Shown: positions 53,846 through 64,000 of the stretch, in pieces
How the letters are laid out: each line of letters begins with the position of its first letter
Position numbering within the stretch: position 1 is the first letter of the stretch
Assembly: GCA_049852185.1 (NCBI GenBank)
Contig: CP187540.1
Origin: Methanocaldococcus sp. 28A
GTDB lineage: Archaea; AGJL01; Methanococci; Methanococcales; Methanocaldococcaceae
Strand: one strand, 5' to 3'
DNA length: 64,000 bases
The notes under the pieces: generated by a model
The model's input: only the letters and a program-made list of their open reading frames with translations
Database searches by the model: none
What the model was told of the DNA's origin: nothing
Program-made: the position numbers and the translations under genes

Positions 53846-54310
53846 TTATACTAATGCTTCTATTAAATCTCCTCTTGTAATTATTCCAACTAAATTACCT
53901 GCATCATCTACAACAGGCAATCTTTTAATGTTATTTTCAACCATTAATTTTGCCGCATCATTAATTGTCATATCTGGTTTTGCAACAATAACCTTTCTTG
54001 TCATTACATCTCTAACCTTTGTTTTTAAAGCTTTTTCTAAATCTTCCTTAAACTCCTCAATCTTCAATGCAGTTTTTAAAGGCAACTCTATTAAATCTAA
54101 TGGTGAAGGTAAAATAAGGTTTAAATCCTCATTATGTGTAACAATGGTTTTTACTATATCACTTTCTGATATTATACCGACTAATTTACCTTCCTTATTT
54201 AATACAGGTGCTCCACTTATCTTATTTTCTCTAAATAATTTTATTACATCAGTTAAATCATCATCTTCATAAACTACAATAGGTTTTTTCATAATATCTT
54301 TTACTAACAT
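53846..54310 (-). CDS. CBS-pair protein
   Basis: ISGAPV..GIISESD and IKRLPVV..GIITRGD. Confidence 0.92.
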   Translation of the reverse strand: MLVKDIMKKPIVVYEDDDLTDVIKLFRENKISGAPVLNKEGKLVGIISESDIVKTIVTHNEDLNLILPSPLDLIELPLKTALKIEEFKEDLEKALKTKVRDVMTRKVIVAKPDMTINDAAKLMVENNIKRLPVVDDAGNLVGIITRGDLIEALV

Positions 54311-54351
54311 TTAATTTCACCATAAATATTTTATTTTCTATTCAAAATTTT

Positions 54352-55386
54352 CTATTCAAAATAATCCTCAATATTTAGTCCCAACTCATCACAAATTTCT
54401 TTTAGTTGATTGTATAGATTTTCATCAATCTCAAATCCATTCTTTCTTTTCATTTTATTTCTCTCTTCTATTTCCCCAGGAATTAAAATTTCAAAACCTT
54501 CTGCAGGTTCTGATGTCTTAATCTCTTCTAATAACTCATCAACTTTCTTTTTAAACTCTTCTTTACCCATAAAGAATTCTGGATTTATAGCTATAAATAA
54601 ATCTCCTTTAGTGCAGCTCTCATATGGATTTGCTGTCCCTCTAACTTTAGTTCCAACCTCAGCCCCACCAATAGCTGATAACATTTCAATAGCTAATGCT
54701 AAACCATACCCTTTAGGCCCTCCAAATGGTAATATACATCCCTCCAATGCTTTGGCAGGATCTGTCGTTGGCTTTCCATCTTTATCTACTGCACAACCTT
54801 CTGGAATCTTTATCTTTTTCCTTAAAGCTTCTAAAATTTTCCCTCTTGCTATTGATGCAGTAGCCATATCTAAGGAAAATTTATACCTATTCCCTTTAAA
54901 TGCTATAGCAATTGGATTTGTTCCTAAAATTTTTTCTTTTCCACCAAAAGGAGCCATAGCTGGCTCTGTATTTGTTATTGTTATTCCAATCATATCTTGA
55001 TTCATAGCCAACTCTGAATAATAGCCAGCAACTCCAAAATGATTAGCGTTTTTTGTAGCAACAACTCCAACTCCAACATTTTTTGCTTTTTCTATGGCTA
55101 ATTCCATAGCTTTTTTTCCAACCACTTGCCCTAATCCAAAATCCCCATCTACAACTGCCGTAGCTGGGCTTTCTTTAACTATCTTTATATTCGGCTTTGG
55201 ATTTATATTGCCTAATCTTAGGGCAGTTATATATTGTGGAAACCTCCCAATTCCATGGGATGTGAAGCCCTTCAAATCTGCATCAACAAAAACTTCAGCG
55301 GTTATTTTAGCATCTTCTTCTGGAACATCAAATTTCTTTAAAACATCAATTATTAGTTTTCTTTCATTTTCTGGCTTTAAAATCAT
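54352..55386 (-). CDS. comC: L-sulfolactate/malate dehydrogenase (Ldh_2 family)
   Basis: SHGIGR, NHFG, GTNPIA, DMAT, GPKGYGL, IPGE. Confidence 0.85.
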   Translation of the reverse strand: MILKPENERKLIIDVLKKFDVPEEDAKITAEVFVDADLKGFTSHGIGRFPQYITALRLGNINPKPNIKIVKESPATAVVDGDFGLGQVVGKKAMELAIEKAKNVGVGVVATKNANHFGVAGYYSELAMNQDMIGITITNTEPAMAPFGGKEKILGTNPIAIAFKGNRYKFSLDMATASIARGKILEALRKKIKIPEGCAVDKDGKPTTDPAKALEGCILPFGGPKGYGLALAIEMLSAIGGAEVGTKVRGTANPYESCTKGDLFIAINPEFFMGKEEFKKKVDELLEEIKTSEPAEGFEILIPGEIEERNKMKRKNGFEIDENLYNQLKEICDELGLNIEDYFE

Positions 55387-55404
55387 TTTTTCCCTCCAAA
55401 TGTT

Positions 55405-55929
55405 TTATGGTCTTACATATTCCATATTGTAATAAACAATATCTCCATCTGCATCAACTATTGCTATAAGCAGTTTTTTTCTAACTGAGTGGGCTACTCT
55501 AACAAATCCTGTTAGCTCACTTAATTGAATAGAGCTATCTTCAGTAAATACCTTAACCAAATAAACAGAGTGTTCTTTTTCTATATTTGCTCCCCTATCA
55601 TAAAGCCTGAAATCAGCTCCATATTTTAGGCCGGTTTTTACTATGTAACCTCTTGTTTTTAAATCTTTATAAACTAAATATTTTAAGCATAGCCTCTCTT
55701 CAATATTTTTTGCATATTTATATAGTTCTTCAAAGCTCATAATCTTATTATCTTTATTTTTAACTTCCAACCATCCTAAGTTTATTAAATAAAGAGCTTC
55801 AACTAATGATAACAATAAAAAGTTCTCCTCAACGTTTCCATAATGCTTTGCTGATAGTTTAGATATTCCATTTTTGTCAAAAACTATAACTCTATCTCCA
55901 TCCAATAATCCAACAATTTTTTTGCTCAT
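55405..55929 (-). CDS. endA: tRNA-intron endonuclease
   Basis: [41 protein letters not shown]. Confidence 0.95.
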   Translation of the reverse strand: MSKKIVGLLDGDRVIVFDKNGISKLSAKHYGNVEENFLLLSLVEALYLINLGWLEVKNKDNKIMSFEELYKYAKNIEERLCLKYLVYKDLKTRGYIVKTGLKYGADFRLYDRGANIEKEHSVYLVKVFTEDSSIQLSELTGFVRVAHSVRKKLLIAIVDADGDIVYYNMEYVRP

Positions 55930-56079
55930 TTAATATATCACCAATTTATTTTATTTTGAGCATTGATAAGATGTAGGAATAAATTTTTTATATTGAATAT
56001 ACACACCCCTAAAGTTCTTTAAAATATTAACTGCATAATAATATTAATATTATGGGTTATTTAAACCGTAATACCCATC

Positions 56080-56230
56080 AAACATTCGTATATTTATTAA
56101 TATTAAAATTTTTTATATATGGTTCAAATATTTGGAAAATTCTCAATGAAGCTTGAGAAGGTTGTTTTGATGAATTTTCTCAATCTTTTTAAAGTCTTTT
56201 TAAAGTCATCATTATATCTTTTTTTGTCAT
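56080..56230 (-). mobile_element. Possible transposase fragment (IS982-like C-terminus)
   Basis: Minus strand reads MTKKRYNDDFKKTLKRLRKFIKTTFSSFIENFP, resembling the R.RK.IET.FS motif; short and degenerate. Confidence 0.3.
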
Positions 56231-56236
56231 TATGAT

Positions 56237-56300
56237 TATAGTTGTGTGTAAAAGTTTTTTAATTAAAATAAGGCATTAATGAATACCTCCTAAAAGGACG
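56237..56300. repeat. Family A repeat (partial)
   Basis: TATAGTTGTGTGTAAAAG...GAATACCTCC. Confidence 0.65.
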
Positions 56301-56353
56301 TTATGATGATAACTACCATATATTCAAATAAACAAATTAAAAAGAAATTATTA

Positions 56354-56444
56354 TAAGACTTTCGCAGGAATAAATATTTTATTGAACATTGCACCTCAAA
56401 GGAGTCTAAATTCAAAATTAATATATAAAGCTGTGAAAGTCCTA
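56354..56444. repeat. Family B copy upstream of argS
   Basis: TAAGACTTTCGCAGGAATAAATA...CTGTGAAAGTCCTA. Confidence 0.82.
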
Positions 56445-56498
56445 TATTAATAAAAATCTTAACAAATTTTTAATAAAAAGTAAAATTGAGGGAGATTT

Positions 56499-58199
56499 AT
56501 GGACATTAAATCAAATATTATCAATGCATTAAAAAAAGTAATTAGTGAAGAGATAAGTAAAGATATTGAGATAAAGCTGGACAAAACACCAAATTTGGAG
56601 TTGGGAGATTACTCTGTAAATATTTGCTTTAAATTAGCTAAAGAGTTAAAGAAGAACCCAAAAATTATTGCCGAAGAGATTGTAGATAAGTTAAAAGCTA
56701 TGAACATTGAAGGAGTTAAAGAGATAAAGGCAGTTAATGGATATATAAACTTCTATATTGACTACAATAAATTTGCTAAAAATTTAGTAGAAGATATTGA
56801 TGAAAAAGGAAATGATTATGGTAGAGGAGACAAAAAAGGAATAAAAATTATCTTAGAACATACATCAGCAAATCCTAACGGCCCTTTACATATTGGACAT
56901 TTAAGAAATGCCATTATTGGGGATAGTTTAAAAAGAATATTGGAATTTTATGGTTATGATGTTGAAACCCACTACTATGTAAATGATATGGGTAGACAGA
57001 TGGCGTTGGTTGTTTATGGAATTGATTTATTTGGTTTAGATAAAGAGAAAAAGAAAGACCATGCAATTGCTGAAACTTATGTAAAAATTAACAAATATTT
57101 AGAAGAACATCCTGAAAAAGAAGAAGAGATTCTTAAATTAATGAGAGAATATGAAGAAGCCTTAGAAAGGAATGAAGAAAATGATGTGGTTAAAAAATTT
57201 GAATTTGCCGTTAATTATGCATTAGAGGGAATAAAAGAGACACTAAAGAATTTAAATATTAAACATGACACCTTTGTTTGGGAAAGCTCTTATGTAAAAA
57301 ACGGGATGGTTAAAGAGGTTATAGAAAAATTAATGAAGACAGGAAAAGTAATTAAAGAAGAAACCTATATGCTCGATTTATCTGATTTTGGCATTGAAAA
57401 GAAAATGGTTTTAGCAAGGGCTAATGGAACAAGCTTATATTCTACAAGAGATATTGCTTATCATTTAGACAAATTATCAAAGTGTGATATTGGAATAGAT
57501 GTTTTAGGTGCAGACCATAAACTAACAGCTGAAATGGTTAAATCAGCTTTAAAATTACTTGGAAGTAAAGAACCAGAAGTTATATTCTATGAATTCATCT
57601 CTCTCCCAGAAGGTTCAATGAGTACAAGAAAAGGAAGATTTATTAGTGCTGATGAATTATTAGAAGAGGCTATAAAAAGAGCTAAGGAAGAGTGTAATAA
57701 GAGAGGAGCAGAAGAAGATATTGCATATGATATTGCATTAGGGGCAGTTAGATATAACATAGCGAGAATTTCACCAGAAAAGCCAATGGTATTTAAATGG
57801 GAAGAAGCGTTAGATTTTGAAAAAGTTGGATGTCCATTTATACAGTATGCTCATGCAAGATGTTGTAGTATCTTAAAAGAGGCAGAAAATAAAGGAATCA
57901 AAGCTGAGGCAATATTTGATTATGAATTAACTAATGAAGAGAAGGAGTTAATTAAAATGTTAGATGAATTTAAAGATATAATTAAAGAGAGTGCTGAAAA
58001 TAGAAAAGTGCATTCATTAGCTAACTACTTATTAGAGCTTGCTAAGGCATTCAATAGATTCTATGCAAAATGCCCAATTTTATTGTCAAAAGTTGAGAAT
58101 AACATTAAAAAATCAAGATTAGCATTAGTCAAAAGCACTAAAACGGTGTTAGAGACAGGTTTAGGATTGTTGGGAATAAATTGTCCAGGAAAAATGTAA
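56499..58199 (+). CDS. argS: Arginyl-tRNA synthetase
   Basis: EHTSANPNGPLHIGHLRN, MSTRKG, IQYAHAR. Confidence 0.97.
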   Translation: MDIKSNIINALKKVISEEISKDIEIKLDKTPNLELGDYSVNICFKLAKELKKNPKIIAEEIVDKLKAMNIEGVKEIKAVNGYINFYIDYNKFAKNLVEDIDEKGNDYGRGDKKGIKIILEHTSANPNGPLHIGHLRNAIIGDSLKRILEFYGYDVETHYYVNDMGRQMALVVYGIDLFGLDKEKKKDHAIAETYVKINKYLEEHPEKEEEILKLMREYEEALERNEENDVVKKFEFAVNYALEGIKETLKNLNIKHDTFVWESSYVKNGMVKEVIEKLMKTGKVIKEETYMLDLSDFGIEKKMVLARANGTSLYSTRDIAYHLDKLSKCDIGIDVLGADHKLTAEMVKSALKLLGSKEPEVIFYEFISLPEGSMSTRKGRFISADELLEEAIKRAKEECNKRGAEEDIAYDIALGAVRYNIARISPEKPMVFKWEEALDFEKVGCPFIQYAHARCCSILKEAENKGIKAEAIFDYELTNEEKELIKMLDEFKDIIKESAENRKVHSLANYLLELAKAFNRFYAKCPILLSKVENNIKKSRLALVKSTKTVLETGLGLLGINCPGKM

Positions 58200-58276
58200 A
58201 TTTTATTAAATTTTATTTTTTGAATTTTTATAGTATTTTGTTAATATAAATTTGGACAATTGGAGGATTGAGTAAA

Positions 58277-58870
58277 ATGACTACTAAAAAAGTGCTTGTT
58301 ATTGATAATATTGATTCCTTTGTTTGGAATTTAGTCCAATATGTAGGGACTTTAGGTTATAAAGTTAAGTTAGTGGATAATCAAATCACATTAGAAGAAA
58401 TAAAGAAAATAAATCCAGATAGAATAATTATTAGCCCAGGACCAAAAACCCCAAAAGAAGCAGGAAATTGTATAAAGATTATTCAGGAGGTAGATATCCC
58501 CATATTAGGAGTTTGCTTAGGACATCAATGTATTGTTGAAGCATTTGGTGGAGAAGTTGGGAGAGCACAGAGAGTTATGCATGGAAAGGCAAGTTTAATA
58601 GAGCACGACGGTGAGGGAATTTTTAAAGACATTCCTAATCCATTCTATGGAGGAAGATATCATTCGTTAATAGCTTACGAAGTGCCAAAAGAGTTAAAAA
58701 TAACAGCTAAGAGCTTAGATGATGGCTATATTATGGGAGTTAGACATAAAAAGTTGCCAATTGAAGGAGTTCAATTCCATCCAGAAAGTATATTAACGGA
58801 ATCAAATAAGTTAAAATTTCCAGATTTAGGACTAAAATTTATTAAAAACTTTGTTGAAAATGAATATTAA
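58277..58870 (+). CDS. trpG: Anthranilate synthase component II (glutamine amidotransferase)
   Basis: IDNIDSF, ISPGP, GVCLGHQ, RYHSL, QFHPES. Confidence 0.9.
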   Translation: MTTKKVLVIDNIDSFVWNLVQYVGTLGYKVKLVDNQITLEEIKKINPDRIIISPGPKTPKEAGNCIKIIQEVDIPILGVCLGHQCIVEAFGGEVGRAQRVMHGKASLIEHDGEGIFKDIPNPFYGGRYHSLIAYEVPKELKITAKSLDDGYIMGVRHKKLPIEGVQFHPESILTESNKLKFPDLGLKFIKNFVENEY

Positions 58871-58902
58871 TCTTAATATATAAACAAAAGAAACCATTTT
58901 AC

Positions 58903-59397
58903 GTGGAAAATATGGACGTTTATGAAATACTATACCAATCCTGCTTGGAATATAAAGTATTGTTGAATGATGAAGAAATTCCGTTATGGAAATTAAAAAA
59001 GGATGATTTAGAGAAAGCTAACTTAGATTTACCGTGGAATTCTATTAGAGATTTGGCTATCTATTTGTATGAGCTAAAAAAGAAACAACAAAATTCTAAA
59101 GAGCTTATTAAATGTGATATAATAGAAATTTTAGTAGGAATTGCTTTATTAAAGCCAGAAGAAGAAAACAACTACATGGGACTCGTTACAGAAGATATGT
59201 GTCTAACTTATTTAAGCGAGCTTATAACTGCAAGAATTAATTGCATAGCAAGATACTATTACATGATGAAAAAACCACAAAATACAAATATATTTGATGA
59301 AATTATCTTAAAATTTCCACAAAAAAAAGATATTAGGGCATCTAACTTAAACGATTTAAGGGAGTTAATTTTAAAAATTAGAAGCTATTTTAGGTAG
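58903..59397 (+). CDS. Hypothetical protein
   Basis: 164-aa ORF downstream of trpG; its stop TAG is the start of a family-B repeat arm. Confidence 0.7.
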   Translation: MENMDVYEILYQSCLEYKVLLNDEEIPLWKLKKDDLEKANLDLPWNSIRDLAIYLYELKKKQQNSKELIKCDIIEILVGIALLKPEEENNYMGLVTEDMCLTYLSELITARINCIARYYYMMKKPQNTNIFDEIILKFPQKKDIRASNLNDLRELILKIRSYFR

Positions 59398-59447
59398 GAC
59401 TTTTGCAAGCACATATTTAAATATTTTATTATAACATATCATGATAT

Positions 59448-60627
59448 CAGTATCTCCGAACATCATAAAATAAATAAAAAAGTTAATATTTCATAATATC
59501 ATAGTTATAAAAAAATAGGAGGTAATAGAACAATGAACGACATATGATTGTTAGCTATAAAATCATTTAACGAATTCATAAACAATGTTCTTCAAATTTG
59601 TCCAAGGATTTATCGAGTTGAAGATTATACAAGAGGATTTATAGAGGCGATGTCGAATAATATAATACATATTTAGAGACCATTAGCAAGCTAAATTATC
59701 CATCGGCAGACTCTTACTATCGATATATAAGGCAGGTAATTCTATGTTTAAAGAAATTTATAAATCTTTTGTTAAAAATATATTCAATGATTTAAAAAAA
59801 TAATAGAAATTTTTGCCTATCGATAGATACGCATTATGATGCCTATTATGGTAATAATTTAGATTTAGAATTAATTCACGAATATAGAAAAGAGAGGGGC
59901 AGTACTGGTTCGTATAAATATATAGCTGCTACTTTACATACAGAAGATTTTTCGTTAATAATCTATTGTGATATTCTTTTTAAGGAATATTCGTTGCTTA
60001 ATCATGTGTAAGGAATTTATGGACTTTACTATTAACGATTTAGAAATAAATCCATCTAATATTGTAGTACTTACCGATAGAGAGTTTAAAAATTTTGAAA
60101 TAATAAAAATTTTTGAAAAATACGGATGTAATTACATAAGCTTTATTCCGAAAAATGATAAAGTTAAATACTATCTTGAGGATGAATATAAAAAAGAAGA
60201 AAAATGGAAATTCGATTATGTTATTGATAAAAATACTATTCCTAAATTAGTTATTGCTGAGGACGAAATAATTACAAACAACAAAAGAAAAAAGGTATAT
60301 TATACCTTTTTAACTAATATCAACTTTGAAAATCAAGAATCTTACATAAAAATGTATAAAAAACGATGGAATATTGAAACACGATTTAGAATGCTTAAAG
60401 ATGCAGTTATAAAAACGAAATCAACCTCTTTAAAAGTTAGGTTGTTCCTTTTTATGCTTAAATGCGTTATTCATAACTTATGGATTAAAATTCGTAATAA
60501 AAAAGAATGTATTTCTTTAAAATTCTTCATCGTCGAAATATGTAAGTTATTAAATGAGTTCGATTATTCAATCATGGTTATGCGTAATACTTGGTTGTGT
60601 ATGTCTAATGCATATTCGTAGATACTG
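59448..60627 (+). mobile_element. Full-length but frameshifted ISH3/IS4-like insertion sequence (1180 bp)
   Basis: TIR CAGTATCTCCGAA / TTCGTAGATACTG (12/13); flanks GATAT and TATAT (near 5-bp TSD); DDE motifs IDTHYD, LTDREF, YKKRWNIETRFR spread over broken frames. Confidence 0.85.
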
Positions 60628-60737
60628 TATATTATTATTTATTAATTGAGCTATTTCATAAGGTAGTGATATATAATTCAAAGCATAAGTTTTGATAAAA
60701 CTTTTTTTCTAAAAGGTTCATATCAATAGGTGCGAAG

Positions 60738-60805
60738 CCGTTTGAAACAGATTAATTTTTCATAAACAGATATAGACATTTATAGATTTTCATTACAGAA
60801 AGATT
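60738..60805 (+). mobile_element. Left-end fragment of the IS607-like element (copy 4)
   Basis: CCGTTTGAAACAGATTAATTTTTCATAAACAGATATAGACATTTATAGATTTTCATTACAGAAAGATT; cut at its TATA box by a family-A repeat. Confidence 0.78.
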
Positions 60806-60916
60806 CATAGCTGTGTGCAAAACTATCTTAAATAAAATAAGGTATTAATGAATGCCTTCCATAAAGAAGGCTTTCAAATTTTCCTATTTAAAGTTTAGTT
60901 TATTTGTACAAAGCTA
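60806..60916. repeat. Family A repeat
   Basis: TAGCTGTGTGCAAA...TTTGTACAAAGCTA with GAATGCCTTCC core. Confidence 0.78.
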
Positions 60917-60931
60917 AAAAAATAGCAAATT

Positions 60932-61795
60932 TTATTCGACAATTGCTGATGCATAACCAACAACTGCTGAGTAATCTCCAGTTATATCCCCAGATGTTGC
61001 ATATGCCAATAATTTAGCTTTTTTAGCTCCTAAGGTTTTCATGGCTTTTAACATGGCTATTACTGGTCCATATCCGCACATTGAAATGTTGTAATTTATT
61101 ACATCTTCATACAATTCTTTTTCATTCATTTCCAAAATGTCTTTAATAACTATAGCATCCTTTTTTGATGCTACCTCCTGTGGTTCATAGTGGGTTAAAT
61201 CTGAAGATGCAATAATAACTACTCTTCTGTTTAATTCCTTAGCAATCTTAGCTATAAAATAACCAACCTCTACAGCAGTTTCATAATCTTGGAACATCAT
61301 ACATATTGGAACTATCTTAAATTTAGCTATATTCAATAATTCCAAATGCTTTAAAAATGGTAATTGCACTTCAATTGAATGCTCATTTAAATGGGCTGTT
61401 TCATCTAAATCAATAATCTCACACTTCCTCCAAAGTTCTTCAATAAATTCCTCATCACACTTCACATCTCCCAATGGAGTTCTCCAAATTCCATCCATTA
61501 CACTAACTCCTGAACCTAAACCAGTGTGATTTGGACCTAAAATAATAGCAGTTATCTCTTCAATGGTATCGACTCTCTTTGATAGTTCATAATAAGAGTG
61601 AGCTTGTATAGGACCTGAATAAACATAACCAGCATGGGGACAGAGCAAACCAACAGGTTTTTCATAAGTTCCATGAGTCGGCATTGATTTGGGTCCAAAT
61701 TTATGTAAATAACATTGCTCAATTAATTCTATAAGCTCATCAGGATATGATGGATAAAACATTCCTGCAACTGCTGGATATCTAATTTTACTCAT
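60932..61795 (-). CDS. MEMO1/AmmeMemoRadiSam protein B family
   Basis: [50 protein letters not shown]. Confidence 0.92.
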   Translation of the reverse strand: MSKIRYPAVAGMFYPSYPDELIELIEQCYLHKFGPKSMPTHGTYEKPVGLLCPHAGYVYSGPIQAHSYYELSKRVDTIEEITAIILGPNHTGLGSGVSVMDGIWRTPLGDVKCDEEFIEELWRKCEIIDLDETAHLNEHSIEVQLPFLKHLELLNIAKFKIVPICMMFQDYETAVEVGYFIAKIAKELNRRVVIIASSDLTHYEPQEVASKKDAIVIKDILEMNEKELYEDVINYNISMCGYGPVIAMLKAMKTLGAKKAKLLAYATSGDITGDYSAVVGYASAIVE

Positions 61796-61966
61796 GATTA
61801 TCCCCTAATGAACTTATTATTAAGATATTATGTCTAATATTTAAATTTGTCTTTTGTAGTTTATATAAGTATTTGTGTATATTTATGGCACTATAATTCA
61901 CATAACAGAAAAGTTTTTATATTTTTACACATATGTGTATTATTAGAAATTAAGGAGGTGAAAAAT

Positions 61967-62278
61967 ATGTTTGGATGGGGAAGAGGATTTGGTAGAAGAT
62001 TTTGGAGATACTTCCCAGTAAGCTCTGTTGGAGGAAGGTATAGATATGTAGGACCTTGCAGATGTGGTTTAGGACCACATGCATTCTACGTTGATGAAAA
62101 AACTGGAATTTTAGTTCATGCATGGGATTTATATAGAGGTTATGTTCCAGAATACGTAGGAATGGATGAGAGAAAATATTTAGAGGAAATTATAAAAGAA
62201 TTAGAAGATGAGAAAAAAATATTAGAAGAAGAATTAGAGAGAATTAAAAAAAGATTGGATGAATTAAAGAAAGATTAA
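61967..62278 (+). CDS. DUF5320-like Gly/Arg-rich protein with C-terminal coiled coil
   Basis: GWGRGFGRR, GPCRCG.GPHA, coiled coil; GGAGGTGA SD. Confidence 0.75.
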   Translation: MFGWGRGFGRRFWRYFPVSSVGGRYRYVGPCRCGLGPHAFYVDEKTGILVHAWDLYRGYVPEYVGMDERKYLEEIIKELEDEKKILEEELERIKKRLDELKKD

Positions 62279-62286
62279 GTGATACA

Positions 62287-62487
62287 ATGGAAATGAAAAA
62301 ATTTTTATGCTCTAAATGTCAAAAAATTATTGAAGTCCCTTATGGAGTGCCAAAGCCCGATGTTTGTCCATACTGTGGAGCTCCAGCAACATTTATCCAT
62401 AGAATAGATGCTGGCGGAAGAGGGTTAGGAATTGGTAGAGGAAGAAGATGCGGAATGAGAATGATGGAAAAATTGGAAAGAGAATAG
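62287..62487 (+). CDS. Small Zn-ribbon/rubredoxin-like protein
   Basis: CSKC...CPYCG with Gly/Arg-rich tail. Confidence 0.75.
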   Translation: MEMKKFLCSKCQKIIEVPYGVPKPDVCPYCGAPATFIHRIDAGGRGLGIGRGRRCGMRMMEKLERE

Positions 62488-62587
62488 AAGATTAAAAACT
62501 TTTCTTTTTTATTTTTATATATCAATATATCCAAATTAATATTTCAAAAAAATATAAAAAGTAAAGATACTAAAACATCAAAGTCTT

Positions 62588-63409
62588 TTATTTTTTTCTA
62601 ATTTCTTTTAACGCCTCTTCAACATCTACATTTTCATGAACTATTTTACAAACAGCTCTTGTTATGCCAATAACATCATCATGTTGGAATATATTTCTAC
62701 CAACTGCTACTCCAACAGCTCCAGCTTCCATGGCATCTTTAATCATTTGCAAGAACTCTTCATCTGTATTAGTTTTTGGACCTCCAGCAACAACAATTGG
62801 TGCTGGACAGCCTTTAACAACTTCTTTAAATGAATCAATATCTCCTGTATAGCTTGTTTTAACAATATCAGCCCCTAACTCAGCTCCCAATCTTGCTGCA
62901 TGAGCAACTAACTCAGGGTCTCTTTCATTTTGAATGTGTTTCCCTCTTGGATACATCATTGCTATTAGAGGCATTCCCCAGTATTCGCATGTTTCAGCTA
63001 TCATCCCCAAATCTCTGTATGCCTCCCAATCTTCATCTGAACCAACATTTACATGAATTGAGACTGCATCAGCTCCCATTCTTATAGCTTCTTCAACAGT
63101 TGTAACAATAACTTTCTTTAATGGATTTGGTGATATTGATGTTCCACCAGATAGATGGATAATTAATCCTACATCTTTGCCATATCCTCTGTGCCCATGT
63201 CTAACTATTCCTTTATGCAAGAGAACAGCATTAGCCCCTCCTTCAGCAACATCATTTACTGTTTTTCTCATATCAATAAGCCCTTTAATTGGACCATTTG
63301 AAACTCCATGGTCCATTGGAACAATTACTGTCTTTTCACTTTCTCTGTTGAATATTCTTTCTAATCTCACAAGTTTTCCAAGATTTTTTATATCCTTAAA
63401 TAATTCCAT
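62588..63409 (-). CDS. aroA': 2-amino-3,7-dideoxy-D-threo-hept-6-ulosonate synthase (class I aldolase)
   Basis: [33 protein letters not shown]. Confidence 0.88.
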   Translation of the reverse strand: MELFKDIKNLGKLVRLERIFNRESEKTVIVPMDHGVSNGPIKGLIDMRKTVNDVAEGGANAVLLHKGIVRHGHRGYGKDVGLIIHLSGGTSISPNPLKKVIVTTVEEAIRMGADAVSIHVNVGSDEDWEAYRDLGMIAETCEYWGMPLIAMMYPRGKHIQNERDPELVAHAARLGAELGADIVKTSYTGDIDSFKEVVKGCPAPIVVAGGPKTNTDEEFLQMIKDAMEAGAVGVAVGRNIFQHDDVIGITRAVCKIVHENVDVEEALKEIRKK

Positions 63410-63533
63410 ATTCTCACATTTACATATTTTTTTATTAATTTATAATTATTGAATAAGAATTTAAGAATTAATGTTTTAAAGTTTTAATATAAAAATATCA
63501 ATATCAATATTTAAAATTTGTGTTGGTGATTTG

Positions 63534-64000
63534 ATGGTATTTAAAGCTTATGATATTAGAGGAGTTTATAAGAAAGAGTTGGATGAAAACTTTGCCTATT
63601 CATTAGGAAAATGTGTAGGGAAAAAATTTGAAAATAAAAAGATATTGGTTGGGAATGATGTAAGAATTGGTTCTAAAAAACTTCTACCATACTTTATAGT
63701 TGGTTTGAAAGAACATGCTGATGTATTTTATGCAGGAACTATATCAACACCTTTAATGTATTTTGGAACTAAAGGGAAGTATGATTTGGGAGTTATATTG
63801 ACAGCTTCCCACAACCCTCCAGAATATACTGGATTTAAAATGTGTGATAAAAAAGCTATTCCATTATCACCAATAGAAGAAATAAAACCAATATTTAAGA
63901 AATATAACTTATCAGAAAGTGTAAAAGAAGAAATTAAAAATTTAAAGTTGGATGAGTTCAAAGTTGATGTTATTGATGAGTATAAAAAGTTCTTTTTGAA
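63534..64000 (+). CDS. Phosphomannomutase/phosphoglucomutase family (3' truncated by the window)
   Basis: MVFKAYDIRG, GNDVR, STP, active-site LTASHNPPEYTG; absent from the ORF track because no stop occurs in the window. Confidence 0.92.
   Translation, partial: MVFKAYDIRGVYKKELDENFAYSLGKCVGKKFENKKILVGNDVRIGSKKLLPYFIVGLKEHADVFYAGTISTPLMYFGTKGKYDLGVILTASHNPPEYTGFKMCDKKAIPLSPIEEIKPIFKKYNLSESVKEEIKNLKLDEFKVDVIDEYKKFFL

Noticed and set aside
54410-55432. Long antisense ORFs opposite comC, and similar ones opposite wecC, argG, dapB, topA, PINA, CBS, aroA' and PMM
   Set aside because: Shadow ORFs of well-supported genes, Ser/Phe/Ile-rich with no motifs.
59968-60621. 217-aa ORF as an active transposase
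   Set aside because: It lacks the N-terminal region and first catalytic Asp, which lie upstream in other frames with stops. It is a pseudogene fragment.

Overview
A 64-kb, AT-rich chromosomal segment of a hyperthermophilic methanogen, almost certainly a Methanocaldococcus species. The proteins, the CRISPR repeat and the gene order resemble M. jannaschii as I recall them; I ran no search. About 60 mostly housekeeping genes are present (hisF, hisA, hisI, dapB, argG, argS, trpG, tgtA, trm14, hypB, rio1, aIF-1A, cofG, cofH, mer, topA, tpiA, bioB, endA, comC, aroA' and others). I found no rRNA or tRNA genes. The non-coding DNA holds the interesting material. (1) A family of ~290-350 bp IS607-like miniature elements: two complete copies (13680-13967, 42543-42892) and two left-end fragments (31850-31903, 60738-60805). 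The complete copies keep an archaeal promoter, a remnant of the tnpB zinc-finger 3' end and a GC-rich structured right end, so they look like protein-less omega-RNA (guide RNA) cassettes. All four insert at a GCC site, and one cleanly splits a HEPN gene. (2) A cas-less CRISPR array (9 repeats plus 1 degenerate) with a leader, a partial repeat duplication, and a spacer that encodes a Walker A motif. (3) Two decayed DDE insertion sequences. (4) At least three families of ~50-115 bp palindromic MITE-like repeats (20+ copies), some nested and some supplying stop codons. (5) An unexplained twin GC-rich hairpin. All coordinates were read by eye.
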